Assembly: GCA_001805445.1 (NCBI GenBank)
Contig: MHGF01000023.1
Location: 18,859 to 82,858 of the forward strand
Direction: 5' to 3'
DNA length: 64,000 bases
Source of the DNA: Omnitrophica WOR_2 bacterium GWF2_43_52
GTDB lineage: Bacteria; Omnitrophota; Gorgyraeia; Gygaellales; UBA12090
This document shows, one piece after another, positions 46,804 through 57,101 of the stretch. Positions within the stretch are counted from its first letter, which is position 1. Each line of letters opens with the position of its first letter. The notes below the pieces were generated by a model. That model saw only the letters and a list, made by a program, of their open reading frames with translations. It ran no database searches and was not told the DNA's origin. Made by a program: the position numbers and the translations under genes.

Positions 46804-49050
46804 GTGACTTTTGGTACATCTTCAATGAATCCCCGCCATCTCAATGAAATCAAAGCAATTATCATCATCGCGGTAGGGCTGTTAGTTTTATTAGGACTAC
46901 TTTCCTACACCCCTTACGATATTTCTTTTTTTAGTTATCCGGTAAATAGCCCCGCGCGGAATCTCATCCGTATTTTTGGCGCATGGATGTCCTTTGGCTT
47001 GTTTTTTATTTTTGGCTGGGTTAGCTATCTTCTGCCTATGGTTTGTTTTGCCTGGGCGGTTGCTAAATTTAAGGGAAAGTCTTTCTTTGATCCTTTCAAA
47101 ATCCCGGGGCTCTTGCTCCTGGCGTTTTCTCTTAGCAGCCTCATGGGGCTTACCTCAAGAATACATGAGGCAGGTTTCGCCAGAGGTGGGATGCTTGGGT
47201 TTATGTTTTCAAGGTTCCTGGTTACGTATTTTGGCAGCGGCTCATGGGTTGTTCTGATAAGCCTTACGCTGCTGGCGTGTGTTTTAGTAATGGAATTCCT
47301 GGTTTCCCGTTTCATTCTTACGGCGGTTGAAGGATTAAAAGAAACGGTAAAATTTCCCGTAATCGGCTTTAAGCCTAAACAAAAGAAGGAAACGCTTATT
47401 ATTTCAGAGTCTCCCCGGTATAACCTCAAGCAGCCTTCTCTCTTACAGCCTCGGCAGAAAGAAACAGCCGAGAATAAAAAGAGTGCCCTCGATAAGGAAG
47501 ATGGCTTGGAGGCGGCGCAGGGTAACAGGATAGCTTTAAAAATAAAAGATTCCCCGAAAGAAATAAAGGCGGGGAAACCAAAGTCCGTAGAAATGAAAAC
47601 CGGCACCTATATACTTCCTTCTTTGGATCTGTTGGAGTCTCCGGCTCTGGGCTCTGCCCGAAAATCGCTGGAAGAAGATTTAACCGGCAATGCCAAGATT
47701 CTTGAGGAGACCTTGCTTGATTTTAGCGTTTTGGTTAAGGTCACCAATATTGAACGCGGGCCGGTACTTACCCGATATGAGCTTGAACCGGCGCCGGGAG
47801 TAAAGGTGCAGAAGATCATCTCTTTGGGGGATGATATTGCCTTGGCAATGAAGGCCCCGTCGGTAAGGATTGTCGCGCCTATCCCGGGAAAAAGCCGGGT
47901 TGGTATCGAAGTCCCTAATACCTCAATAGGAGCGGTGTATCTTAAAGAAGTGCTTTCGAGCGCTGAGTTTCAAAACGCGGCGGGGAAGTTAACCTTAGCA
48001 CTCGGTAAGGATATTACCGGAAGGGCGGCAGTTTCGGATTTGGGGGAAATGCCGCATCTTTTAATTGCCGGGACTACCGGCTCAGGAAAGACCGTCTGTG
48101 TTAATTCTTTAATCCTTTCCATACTTTTTCGCGCTACCCCGGAGGAAGTAAAGTTTATGATGGTTGACCCAAAAATGGTAGAGATGTCCGTCTATAACGG
48201 ACTGCCGCATTTGATTTGTCCGGTCGTAACCGACGCCAAGAAGGTCTCTCATGCCCTTAGTTGGGTTGTGGCTGAAATGGAAAACAGGTATAAAATGCTG
48301 GCTAAAGTGGCGGCAAGGAATATTGAATCGTACAACCAAAAACAGCCGGATGAAAAACTTTCATATATTGTTGTCGTCATTGACGAGCTTGCTGACCTGA
48401 TGGCAGTTGCCGCAAACCATATCGAGAACGCTATTACCCGCTTAGCCCAGCTTTCCCGGGCAGTAGGAATACATTTGATTTTGGCTACGCAGAGGCCTTC
48501 AGTCGATGTGATTACCGGCGTTATCAAGGCTAATTTTCCCGCCCGTATTTCTTTTAAGGTGGCATCAAAGGTAGATTCGCGTACCGTTTTGGATGCTAAC
48601 GGCGCGGATAAGCTTTTAGGTAAAGGCGATATGCTCTTTATGCGTCCCGGTGAGGCAAAACTTATCCGCGCGCAGGCCTCATTTCTAAAAGACGCTGAAA
48701 TTGAAAGGGTCGTCGCGTTTATCAAAGAACAGGCTGAGCCGGTATTTGAGGAGGCAATCCTAAAAGAGCAGTCCAGAGCCCAGAGCCTTCCTGAAAGAGA
48801 AAGGGACGAGTTGTTTGAAGAGGCAACCCGCCTGATAGTAGAAAGCAACCAGGCATCGGTTTCTATCCTTCAAAGGAGGCTTATGCTTGGGTATGCCCGT
48901 GCCGCGAGGCTTATTGACGCGATGGAACAGGAGGGAATTGTCGGCCCTTATCAAGGGAGCAAGCCGCGTAAGATTATGGTTGACCGGGAATCATGGCTTA
49001 AGGAACACGGCTATAGCCCTCTGGTTTCAAAAGAAACATTACAGGAATAG
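46804..49050 (+). CDS. ftsK: DNA translocase FtsK
   Basis: N-terminal TM helices, a linker, the motor domain (Walker A GTTGSGKT), and a C-terminal gamma winged helix. Confidence 0.93.
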   Translation: MTFGTSSMNPRHLNEIKAIIIIAVGLLVLLGLLSYTPYDISFFSYPVNSPARNLIRIFGAWMSFGLFFIFGWVSYLLPMVCFAWAVAKFKGKSFFDPFKIPGLLLLAFSLSSLMGLTSRIHEAGFARGGMLGFMFSRFLVTYFGSGSWVVLISLTLLACVLVMEFLVSRFILTAVEGLKETVKFPVIGFKPKQKKETLIISESPRYNLKQPSLLQPRQKETAENKKSALDKEDGLEAAQGNRIALKIKDSPKEIKAGKPKSVEMKTGTYILPSLDLLESPALGSARKSLEEDLTGNAKILEETLLDFSVLVKVTNIERGPVLTRYELEPAPGVKVQKIISLGDDIALAMKAPSVRIVAPIPGKSRVGIEVPNTSIGAVYLKEVLSSAEFQNAAGKLTLALGKDITGRAAVSDLGEMPHLLIAGTTGSGKTVCVNSLILSILFRATPEEVKFMMVDPKMVEMSVYNGLPHLICPVVTDAKKVSHALSWVVAEMENRYKMLAKVAARNIESYNQKQPDEKLSYIVVVIDELADLMAVAANHIENAITRLAQLSRAVGIHLILATQRPSVDVITGVIKANFPARISFKVASKVDSRTVLDANGADKLLGKGDMLFMRPGEAKLIRAQASFLKDAEIERVVAFIKEQAEPVFEEAILKEQSRAQSLPERERDELFEEATRLIVESNQASVSILQRRLMLGYARAARLIDAMEQEGIVGPYQGSKPRKIMVDRESWLKEHGYSPLVSKETLQE

Positions 49051-49055
49051 AGCCA

Positions 49056-49934
49056 ATGAATAAGGCAGGAACCTACTTAAAAAATATCCGTGAAGAAAAG
49101 GGGTATTCTCTTTCCGAGGTAAGCAAGGCCACTAAAATCTCTCCGACGGTGCTTCGGGCGCTTGAGGAGGGGAGTTTTGAGAATATCGACCAGGTTTATT
49201 TAAAGAGTTTTGTGAAAATGTATTGCCGTTTCCTTGAGGTGAAGTGGGAGGGGTTCCTCAAAGAATACCCTCTCAATCCTCTCGAGCCAAAGCATACTGC
49301 CAAGCAGGCTGTTATCCAGAAAGAGAAAAAGGAGCAGATAAAAAGCGCGGCTAAAAAAACTTTTTCTTTTAGTGAGATTTTGGTAAAGCATAAGAAAATA
49401 ATCCTTACTATCCTTTCGGCGGTTGCCCTCATACTTTTTCTTATGGTAACTATCAGGGGTTGCCGCGCCATCCTCAAAAACCTTCCCAAAAAGCAGCATT
49501 CAAACCTTGCGCAGAGCAAGAAGAAAACCCCTTCCCCTGCGGCTACGGCACCTAAACCACGGCAATCTTTGAAACCTCCCCAGCCAAAAGAGGAAGTTAC
49601 GGCGAAACCGCTAAAATCATCCCCTGAAACCACCTCGACGGGCTCCAGCGCGACTCAACCGAAAGAATCAAAGCCTAAGGAAATTACTGTGGCAATCAGC
49701 GCTCATGAAGACAGTTTTCTTAAGATTAAGGTTGATGGCCAGGCGCTCTACCAGGGGATGCTGCGGAAGGGGAAAGCTGAAAGCTGGAGAGCAAAAGAAA
49801 AGATCGAGCTTTCGGTAGGCAATGCCGGAGGCATTGTGCTTGAGGCTAACGGCAAGATGTTCTCTCCTCTTGGCAGGCGCGGCCAATCAATTAAAAACAT
49901 AGTGATTACGAGCGAGGGGCTTAAGATATTATAA
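49056..49934 (+). CDS. rodZ: RodZ-like cytoskeletal protein (XRE HTH, TM helix, Pro/Lys-rich linker, C-terminal DUF4115)
   Basis: HTH (YLKNIREEKGYSLSEVSKATKISPTVLRALEEG), a single TM helix, and a DUF4115-like C-terminus (SFLKIKVDGQ…GNAGGIVLEANGK). Confidence 0.7.
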   Translation: MNKAGTYLKNIREEKGYSLSEVSKATKISPTVLRALEEGSFENIDQVYLKSFVKMYCRFLEVKWEGFLKEYPLNPLEPKHTAKQAVIQKEKKEQIKSAAKKTFSFSEILVKHKKIILTILSAVALILFLMVTIRGCRAILKNLPKKQHSNLAQSKKKTPSPAATAPKPRQSLKPPQPKEEVTAKPLKSSPETTSTGSSATQPKESKPKEITVAISAHEDSFLKIKVDGQALYQGMLRKGKAESWRAKEKIELSVGNAGGIVLEANGKMFSPLGRRGQSIKNIVITSEGLKIL

Positions 49935-50095
49935 TCCCCAATTGTAAAATAACCAAACATCACTATCCAATAACCAAATAATAACCAATGTGCCAATGAC
50001 CAAACGATGTGGTTATTGCATGGCTGCCGTTAGGCATGTATTTTTAATGATGCCTACTCCATAATCTTAGTCACACTGCACGAGTCAGGTTAGAA

Positions 50096-51379
50096 ATGAA
50101 ACAGGCAACCATCGGCATTATCAGCTTAGGCTGTCCGCGGAACCTCGTTGATTCGCAAAATTTGTTAGGATCCTTTCAGGCAAAAGGCTATAAAATCGTA
50201 GATATTCAAAAGGCAGATATAGGCCTGGTGAACACTTGTTCTTTTATTGAGGATGCTAAGAAGGAATCTATTGACGCGATACTGGATTTAGTCGCTTTAA
50301 AGAAAGAAGGCCGCCTGAAAAAGATTATTGTGGCAGGATGCCTTTCACAGCGCTATAAAGAAGCGCTTCTCCCTCAGCTTAAGGAAGTGGATGCCTTTAT
50401 CGGCACACGCGGCCTTGGCAATGAAGCCGATAAGAGCTATAACCTTATACCTCGCCACATTGCGTATCTTAAAATATCTGAAGGCTGTAATCATCCCTGC
50501 ACTTTTTGCGTGATTCCCAAGATTAAGGGGAAGCTGCAAAGCCGCGCCATGGAAGCGCTCTTTGAAGAAGCGCAAGGCCTAGAGGCTAAGGGAATTTCCG
50601 AGCTTAACATTATCGGGCAGGATATCAGCCACTACGGGCTGGATATTTATAAAAAAGCGCGCCTCTCTTTGCTCCTTCGCGGGATGTGCGCTTCTCTTAA
50701 GAAAATACACTGGATACGCCTTCTCTATCTGCATCCGAATCATGTTACAGATGGCCTCATTGATGTCATAGCCAACGAAGAAAAGATTTGTAAGTATGTT
50801 GATGTTCCTCTCCAGCATATCTCTAGCCGTGTTTTGAAGGCGATGAAGCGCCAAACGACTACGAAAAGGATACTGCACTTTTTGTCGCGGCTGCGGAAAA
50901 AAATCCCGGGAGTCGCGTTACGCACCTCTTTGATTGTGGGGTTTCCCGGAGAAACAGAAAAAGAGTTTAAGCAACTTCTTTCATTTGTAAAGGAACAAAA
51001 ATTCGAGCGCTTGGGAGTTTTTAAATATTCAAGAGAAGAAGGAACTCCTGCCTATGAGTACGCGGGCCAAATCCCACAGCGCCTCAAAGCGGAGCGTTTT
51101 AAAGCGCTTATGCAGTTACAACAGCGTATATCCTTAGAGTTTAACCGTAAGCTTATCGGTAGAGAGTTTGAGGTATTAATTGATGGTAAAAGCTCGGGGG
51201 CAAGGTATTGTGGCAGGTTAGCTATTGACGCTCCGGAAGTTGACGGGGCTGTGTATGTCAGCGCGGACAGGGAATTAAAACCCGGTGAATTTGTCAGGGT
51301 GAAAATTACCGATGCTTACGAATACGATGTAGCCGGCAGGCATATTCCTTTAACGCAAGAACAGAAAAAGAGCGCATGA
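50096..51379 (+). CDS. rimO: Ribosomal protein S12 methylthiotransferase RimO (radical SAM MTTase with TRAM domain)
   Basis: IGIISLGCPRNLVDSQ N-terminus, radical SAM CxxxCxxC (CNHPCTFC), and a TRAM domain. Confidence 0.8.
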   Translation: MKQATIGIISLGCPRNLVDSQNLLGSFQAKGYKIVDIQKADIGLVNTCSFIEDAKKESIDAILDLVALKKEGRLKKIIVAGCLSQRYKEALLPQLKEVDAFIGTRGLGNEADKSYNLIPRHIAYLKISEGCNHPCTFCVIPKIKGKLQSRAMEALFEEAQGLEAKGISELNIIGQDISHYGLDIYKKARLSLLLRGMCASLKKIHWIRLLYLHPNHVTDGLIDVIANEEKICKYVDVPLQHISSRVLKAMKRQTTTKRILHFLSRLRKKIPGVALRTSLIVGFPGETEKEFKQLLSFVKEQKFERLGVFKYSREEGTPAYEYAGQIPQRLKAERFKALMQLQQRISLEFNRKLIGREFEVLIDGKSSGARYCGRLAIDAPEVDGAVYVSADRELKPGEFVRVKITDAYEYDVAGRHIPLTQEQKKSA

Positions 51380-51969
51380 ATCTTCCCAATAAACTTACTC
51401 TTCTGCGGATAGTGTTGACCTTTGTTTTTATGTTTTTCCTCTTTTCGCAGGGTTTAGGCGCTAAAGTTACGGCGTTATGCGTCTTTAGCCTAGCAGCCCT
51501 TACCGACCTTCTTGACGGAATGATTGCCAAATCCCGTAATTTGATAACCAATTTCGGCAAGATTATGGATCCTATCGCGGATAAGATCCTGGTTTTAGCC
51601 GCTTTTTTGAGCTTTATCCAGTTACAGCTTATTCCCGCCTGGATGGTAATCGTTATTATAGCGCGGGAATCGATAATTACTTCCTTGCGCCTTTTTGCCC
51701 TTTCTAAGGGGATAGTTATCGCGGCCTCAAAAGGCGGAAAACACAAGACCGTCTCTCAGATCGTGGCGATCTTCATTATTCTTCTTTCGCTTATTTTAAA
51801 AGAGGCAATGAAGCAATGCATGAGCTGGCAGCCGGATTACGACAGGGTTATTGCCGATGTCGGATATTGGGCGATGTTTTCCGCGGTTATCCTTACGCTT
51901 ATTTCAGGGGTTTCGTATCTATGGAATAACCGCCACATTTTTCTGGGGGCAGCCCATGCGCAAAAATAA
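51376..51969 (+). CDS. pgsA: CDP-diacylglycerol--glycerol-3-phosphate 3-phosphatidyltransferase
   Basis: The CDP-alcohol phosphatidyltransferase motif DLLDGMIAKSRNLITNFGKIMDPIADK. Confidence 0.85.
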   Translation: MNLPNKLTLLRIVLTFVFMFFLFSQGLGAKVTALCVFSLAALTDLLDGMIAKSRNLITNFGKIMDPIADKILVLAAFLSFIQLQLIPAWMVIVIIARESIITSLRLFALSKGIVIAASKGGKHKTVSQIVAIFIILLSLILKEAMKQCMSWQPDYDRVIADVGYWAMFSAVILTLISGVSYLWNNRHIFLGAAHAQK

Positions 51970-52429
51970 TCTTACCGAAAGGGTTATTATTGTTGTAAGC
52001 AGTGTTTTTTATATCGGCTGCAGCCCATTTTTGGCCGGGACTATGGCATCCCTGGCCGCGTTTCTGGTTGATATACTGATTATCAAAGCTAATGTTATTT
52101 TACATCTGGGCATTGTTGGTTGTATTACTTTTATCGGCTTTTTAGTTTCAGGAAGGGCAGAGAAAGTATTCGGGCAGAAAGACGCGAGGGAGATTGTCAT
52201 TGATGATTTTAACGGTGTCCTGGTGGGCTTACTTTTTCTTCCCTACAGCCTGAAAATCAGTATCCTTGGATTTATTATCTTTCGGATCATGGATGGGCTT
52301 AAACCCTATCCGATTTATAAGATGGAGAAGCTCAAAGGCAGTTGGGGTGTCATGGGGGATGACCTTGTTGCCGGGGTGTATACCAATATTGTTTTGCAGC
52401 TATTGCGCGCGCTTCTTGCCTGGCGATAG
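51956..52429 (+). CDS. pgpA: Phosphatidylglycerophosphatase A
   Basis: PgpA-like TM protein (GTMASLAAF…VIDDFNGVLVGLLFLP). It overlaps the pgsA stop. The ORF track starts at 51851. Confidence 0.65.
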   Translation: MRKNNLTERVIIVVSSVFYIGCSPFLAGTMASLAAFLVDILIIKANVILHLGIVGCITFIGFLVSGRAEKVFGQKDAREIVIDDFNGVLVGLLFLPYSLKISILGFIIFRIMDGLKPYPIYKMEKLKGSWGVMGDDLVAGVYTNIVLQLLRALLAWR

Positions 52430-52482
52430 GCTGTTGGCGCTGCTTATGCAAAAACCGGGTTTAAAGAAGGAGGAAGGGCTTA

Positions 52483-53090
52483 TGGAGCGTTACTATAGAA
52501 TAATTATTACCTGTGGAGTTTTCACCTTAGGTTTACTCTCAGGCTGTGCTTCGGTAAAAGTTACTCGTACCGAGGTTACGAAAACAGTAGATTTAAGCGG
52601 CAGATGGAATGATACCGACTCACGTTTGGTTTCCGAGGAGATGATTAAAGACTGTCTGGCTCGGCCTTGGTTAGGGGAGTTTACTACAAAAGCCGGAAAA
52701 AGTCCGTATGTCATTGTGGGAACTGTGCTTAACAGAAGTTCAGAACATATCGACGCTCAACTTTTTATTAAGGACCTGGAGGCTGACTTGCTTAATTCCG
52801 GAAAGGTAAAATTTGTCGCTTCAAAAGAGCCTCGCCAAGAAATCCGGGAAGAAAGGGCTGATCAAACGCGATTTTCCTCAAAAGAAACCGCCAAGGCTTT
52901 TGGCAGGGAATCGGGGGCTGATTTTATGCTTCAGGGAACCATTAATTCGGTCACCGATGAGCTTAAGGGTAAGTCTTCCATTTTGTATCAGGTCAATCTT
53001 GAGTTGGTCAACTTAGAGACCAATGAAAAAGCCTGGATTGGCCAGAAGAAAATCAAGAAGATTGTTTCCCGAAGCGCGTTCGGCTTATAA
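52483..53090 (+). CDS. LpoB-like/COG3417-like lipoprotein of unknown function
   Basis: Lipobox LLSGCAS; YVIVGTVLNRS…FMLQGTINSV resembles the LpoB/FlgO-type fold motifs. RBS AAGGAGGAAGG lies upstream. The ORF track starts at 52266. Confidence 0.4.
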
Positions 53091-53104
53091 GTAGCGCACT
53101 GTAA

Positions 53105-53408
53105 ACTTAATTAGTAATAATAGTTCGTGAGTTTGTTAGCTTAAGCGAATGTGCGTATCAGCTGTTTAGCTTTTCAGCTCATTAGCTGTTTAGTTAGTTA
53201 TCAATGAAAAAGCGTCTTTTAAACACGAATTCCCACGAATTACACACTAATCATCACGAATACAGCGACGAAGTAATTCGTGTGTATTTGTGTGTAATTT
53301 GTGCCTATTCGTGCAAAATAAATGTTTTTCAGCAGTAACTAGTTAAATTGTTAATCAGCTAAAGAGCAAATGAGCTAAGCAGCTACTGTTAAAAAATAAT
53401 TTTACAGC
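53105..53408. mobile_element. Nested repeat: family-C copy C2 (53105-53212 plus 53339-53408) interrupted by family-B copy B3 (53213-53340)
   Basis: Aligning it with the uninterrupted C1 (8825-8989) shows the B element inserted precisely at …AGCTGTTTAGTTA|AATTGTTAATCAGC…. Confidence 0.7.
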
Positions 53409-53418
53409 GTACTATTGT

Positions 53419-54780
53419 ATGGGGCGTTTGTTATCAGTTTTTTCCGGTAAGCGTTTATTCCTTTCTTTTTTTCTTTTCCTCTCCTCTTGTTCGACGGCCC
53501 TTAAAGACCAGTCGCAGGTCTCTCGCCTTTGCCTCCAGGATAACTACGTAAAGGCAAAAGCAATCCTTAACGATAATTCGCATCTTTATGGCAGGAAGAA
53601 TACTTTATTGTATTTTCTGGATAAGGGGCTTATCCTGCATTTGTCGGGAGACTATAAAGAAAGTATCGCTGCCTTTGATAAGGCAAAGCGGACATTTGAT
53701 GAGCTTTATACCCGATCACTAAGTGCTATGGCAGGAACATGGCTTGTGAATGAGTATAGCGCCAGCTATCATGGAGAAGATTTCGAACGGGTGATGATTA
53801 ACATCTTTCAGGCATTGAATTATCTTATGGTAGGAGACTTGGATGAGGCCTTGGTTGAGGCGCGCCAGGTAGATAGCAAGCTTTCTGTAATCAATAGCCG
53901 TTATAAGCCGGGTGAAAAAAATGCCTATAAAGAAGATGCCTTTGCGCGGCTGTTTATGGGGATTATCTATGAGGCAAGCAATACGCCTGAGGATATGAAT
54001 AATGCCTTTATTTCATATAGAAAAGCGCTTGAAACCTATGAGACTGATTATCGGAAAAATTACGATTTCAGCGCTCCTTCGCTGCTTAAGGAAAACCTGT
54101 TAGCAACCGCGGATTATATGGGGATAGAGGAAGCTAGGGAATACCGGAAAAAATATCAGGGTATTCCTTACTTGAGCTTAAAGGAAAAATCTCAAAAAGC
54201 CCAGGTGTACCTTATTCAGTATGAGGGTGTTTCGCCGACAAAAGAAGAAGGCTCATTGGTAATTCCTCTTCCTGACGGCTATCTGGTAAAAATGGCTTTT
54301 CCAAAATATCGGCGTATACCATCAAAGATAAAGTCCTCGTTTTTTAGCGCGCGCGATAGTTCTAACGGGGTTATTAAGGCGCAGGTAGAGACGGGAGAAG
54401 ATATAAGCGCTCTGGCCATGCAGAATCTTGAGAGCCGTAAGGTACGAGTGATGGCTAAGGCAATTGCCGTAAGCAGCGCCAAATATCTGGTTGAGAGACA
54501 GCAGGAAGAGGCGATAAGGAAGAAATTCGGCGCAAAAGCGGCGGATAGTTTCAAAATCGCGAGCAGCGTTTTTAATGCCTTTTCGACGAAAGCCGATACG
54601 CGTTCATGGCAGACTTTACCGTCTGAAATACGCATCGCGCGGCTTTGTTTGAATGCGGGGGAATACAGTTTCTTTGTGGAGAATACCGATAGTGAAGGGG
54701 GTTTTTTGGAAAGCGTCACCTTAGGGAAGATAAAGGTTGCCCCGGGAGAGACGAAATTCTTTCTCATCAGGAGTTTGTAG
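53419..54780 (+). CDS. 453-aa lipoprotein with TPR-like helical repeats, unknown function
   Basis: Lipobox LSSC, and an alpha-helical repeat N-domain. Confidence 0.45.
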   Translation: MGRLLSVFSGKRLFLSFFLFLSSCSTALKDQSQVSRLCLQDNYVKAKAILNDNSHLYGRKNTLLYFLDKGLILHLSGDYKESIAAFDKAKRTFDELYTRSLSAMAGTWLVNEYSASYHGEDFERVMINIFQALNYLMVGDLDEALVEARQVDSKLSVINSRYKPGEKNAYKEDAFARLFMGIIYEASNTPEDMNNAFISYRKALETYETDYRKNYDFSAPSLLKENLLATADYMGIEEAREYRKKYQGIPYLSLKEKSQKAQVYLIQYEGVSPTKEEGSLVIPLPDGYLVKMAFPKYRRIPSKIKSSFFSARDSSNGVIKAQVETGEDISALAMQNLESRKVRVMAKAIAVSSAKYLVERQQEEAIRKKFGAKAADSFKIASSVFNAFSTKADTRSWQTLPSEIRIARLCLNAGEYSFFVENTDSEGGFLESVTLGKIKVAPGETKFFLIRSL

Positions 54781-54852
54781 GTTAGAACGTTACTTTTGGT
54801 TTTGCCGTGGGTGGTACCCAGGGATGCTCAGCTTAAATATGAGGAGATAATT

Positions 54853-55422
54853 ATGAAGCAACAATGTGCGATACACATAAAAGAGAGTATAGTTTTTTTG
54901 GTTATGGCTATCGTGTTTTCTTCTTCTCTTTGGGCAGAGGAAGCTCACAATGAGGAGGTTCCCGTAGGCATGGAAATAATTATGGTGAAGCCTGGAATGA
55001 AGCAAATTGTCCCTAAGGGCACCAAGGTTTCCAAAAAGGGGGATTTGATAGTTTTGGAAGATAGTAATGAGTATTCCGCGAGAAGATTCGAAGAAATGGA
55101 AAACCGTTTCAAATCCCTTGAGGCTGAGCTGGATACCTTTAAGAAAGGCCTGGAAACCTGTTCTCTGAGTGTTAAGGATGCTCGCGAAACGATCATAACG
55201 GATTTGGAAGAAAGATTTTCCAAGATTGAATCCAGCCTTGAAACTAATAAGCAAGGATTAACCGGCCGGTTTGAAAAAAAAGAGCTTGACCAGGAGGCTT
55301 TACGGAAAAACGTTGATAAGCTTACCGTAAGGCAGGAAGAGCTTAAAGATGAAATTGAAAGGCTTAAAGATGTGGTAATTGAGGCCAGAGAAGCGATAGA
55401 AGAAGTAAAACAGAAGAAATAA
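54853..55422 (+). CDS. Secreted coiled-coil protein, unknown function
   Basis: Signal peptide, and a C-terminal 100-aa heptad-rich region. Confidence 0.45.
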   Translation: MKQQCAIHIKESIVFLVMAIVFSSSLWAEEAHNEEVPVGMEIIMVKPGMKQIVPKGTKVSKKGDLIVLEDSNEYSARRFEEMENRFKSLEAELDTFKKGLETCSLSVKDARETIITDLEERFSKIESSLETNKQGLTGRFEKKELDQEALRKNVDKLTVRQEELKDEIERLKDVVIEAREAIEEVKQKK

Positions 55423-55689
55423 AGCTTTTCTACAGCATGGATAATTATGCGTACAACATGTTCATTATGAATCAGTTATAACTTTAAGAATAAATAGCAG
55501 ATGCCCCAGATTATGCTTAAGGGTAAGACCAGGTTTGGCAAGAAAATTATTGTAAACCTTTTGGGATGAATTTCGTCTAATTAAGTAGAGGAGAAGGGAT
55601 GAGATTGTCGAAGCCCTGCTTTCTGAGCAGGTAGTGAAGCGCTTTGTATTCGTATAATAACAATAGAGTTACTATGAAAGGAGGCTGTT

Positions 55690-56469
55690 ATGAAAAGAGA
55701 TAGGGTAATAATGTTCATAATAGTGGTGGGCGTAGTGTTGTGTATTCCGTCTTCGAGCTTTGCTGAGGATAAAACGCCTCCGGGTATTTCTCAAAAGGAG
55801 GCTATTCCCGGAAAAGGCAAGCACAAAGGCTGGGAACAGGGAAAACATAAGGGCTGGGATAAGGAGAAATTGGAGAAACTAAAGGCAGAGGACCCTGAGA
55901 AGTTTAAGGAAGAGGCTGCAGAGCATCGAAAAGAGACAAAAGAAAGGATGGAATATCTTAAGGAGCATGACCCTGAGAAATATCAGGAAATCAAGCAAGC
56001 CAGGAGGCAAAAGCGCAAAGAAGAGCTCTTTAAGTTAAAAGAAGAGAATCCCGAAAAGTTTAAAGAGATTATGCAAAAACGCAAACAGGCGCTTGATGAG
56101 AAGCTTGAGAAGATGAAGACAGAAAACCCTGAGCAATATGCGCGCATTATGAAACACCGTGAAGAAATGCGGGAGCTCCAGAGATTAAAGAAGGAAGACC
56201 CTGAGAAATATAAGGAATACCTAAAACAGCATCCGCATTTACGTGAGCGTTTAGAGGATGCCAGGGATAAGCGTGAAGATACGCGGGATAAAAGAAAGGA
56301 TAGCTTTGACCAAAAGCATACTAACTCTAAGGCTGATATGCTTGAAGATATAGAAGGCAAGAAAGAGAGTAAAAGGGATAAGAAGGAGGATGTCCGTGGC
56401 CGGAGAGAAGATTCCCGTGAGAGCAGCCATCCCTATAGCTTGGAAGGACGCGGGAGCAAGGGAAAATAG
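55690..56469 (+). CDS. Secreted K/E-rich repeat protein with about 7 copies of an (E/D)(N/D)PEK(F/Y)KE-containing ~24-aa repeat
   Basis: Signal peptide, then HKGWEQGKHKGWDKEK, then repeats DPEKFKEE / DPEKYQEI / NPEKFKEI / NPEQYARI / DPEKYKEY. It sits immediately upstream of the ECF sigma gene. Confidence 0.55.
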   Translation: MKRDRVIMFIIVVGVVLCIPSSSFAEDKTPPGISQKEAIPGKGKHKGWEQGKHKGWDKEKLEKLKAEDPEKFKEEAAEHRKETKERMEYLKEHDPEKYQEIKQARRQKRKEELFKLKEENPEKFKEIMQKRKQALDEKLEKMKTENPEQYARIMKHREEMRELQRLKKEDPEKYKEYLKQHPHLRERLEDARDKREDTRDKRKDSFDQKHTNSKADMLEDIEGKKESKRDKKEDVRGRREDSRESSHPYSLEGRGSKGK

Positions 56470-56474
56470 TCTTG

Positions 56475-57062
56475 ATGGAGCCTGAATTAAGCCTTTCAGA
56501 TGAATGGGTTTTGATTGCAAAAGTAAAAGAGGGCAGGCGCTCAAGTTTCGATACGCTGGTAAGCCTTTACCAGCACCGGGGCTTGAGCATTGCCTATACC
56601 ATGGTGGGCAATGTTGAAGACGCCCAGGATGTTTTGCAGGAGGCATTTGTTAAGGTGTATATCAGTATCAATGATTTTAAAGGAAAGGCAAAGTTCGGCA
56701 CATGGTTTTACCGGATTGTAGTCAATTGCGCCCTTGATTTTTTAAGGCGGCGAAAAAGAAGCGCGAAAGTTTTTATCGATATCATGGCTGATAAAGATGA
56801 GGGAGGAATTTTTCCGGAGGCCATTGATGTCAGCACTGAGCCTCGCCGAGTATCATCTTCGAGAGAGTTTGTCTATAAGCTTGATGAGTCTATAGCCACA
56901 TTGTCAAGGATGCAAAGGTCTTGCTTTATTTTAAGGCATCAGAACAGATTGGCCATTCAGGAGATAGCAAAAGTGCTTAAGTGCAGCCCTTCAACCGTTA
57001 AGGTGCACCTGTTTCGGGCCGTGTGGCGTTTACGGAAACATTTGCTGCATTATTTTAGATAA
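56475..57062 (+). CDS. ECF-subfamily sigma-70 factor
   Basis: Sigma70 region 2 (…YTMVGNVEDAQDVLQEAFVKVY…WFYRIVVNCALDFLRRR) and region 4 (LSRMQRSCFILRHQNRLAIQEIAKVL). Confidence 0.85.
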   Translation: MEPELSLSDEWVLIAKVKEGRRSSFDTLVSLYQHRGLSIAYTMVGNVEDAQDVLQEAFVKVYISINDFKGKAKFGTWFYRIVVNCALDFLRRRKRSAKVFIDIMADKDEGGIFPEAIDVSTEPRRVSSSREFVYKLDESIATLSRMQRSCFILRHQNRLAIQEIAKVLKCSPSTVKVHLFRAVWRLRKHLLHYFR

Positions 57063-57101
57063 ATACCGGAGAGTAGGCAAGGGAATGCAGAGGTTAGAGT
57101 T

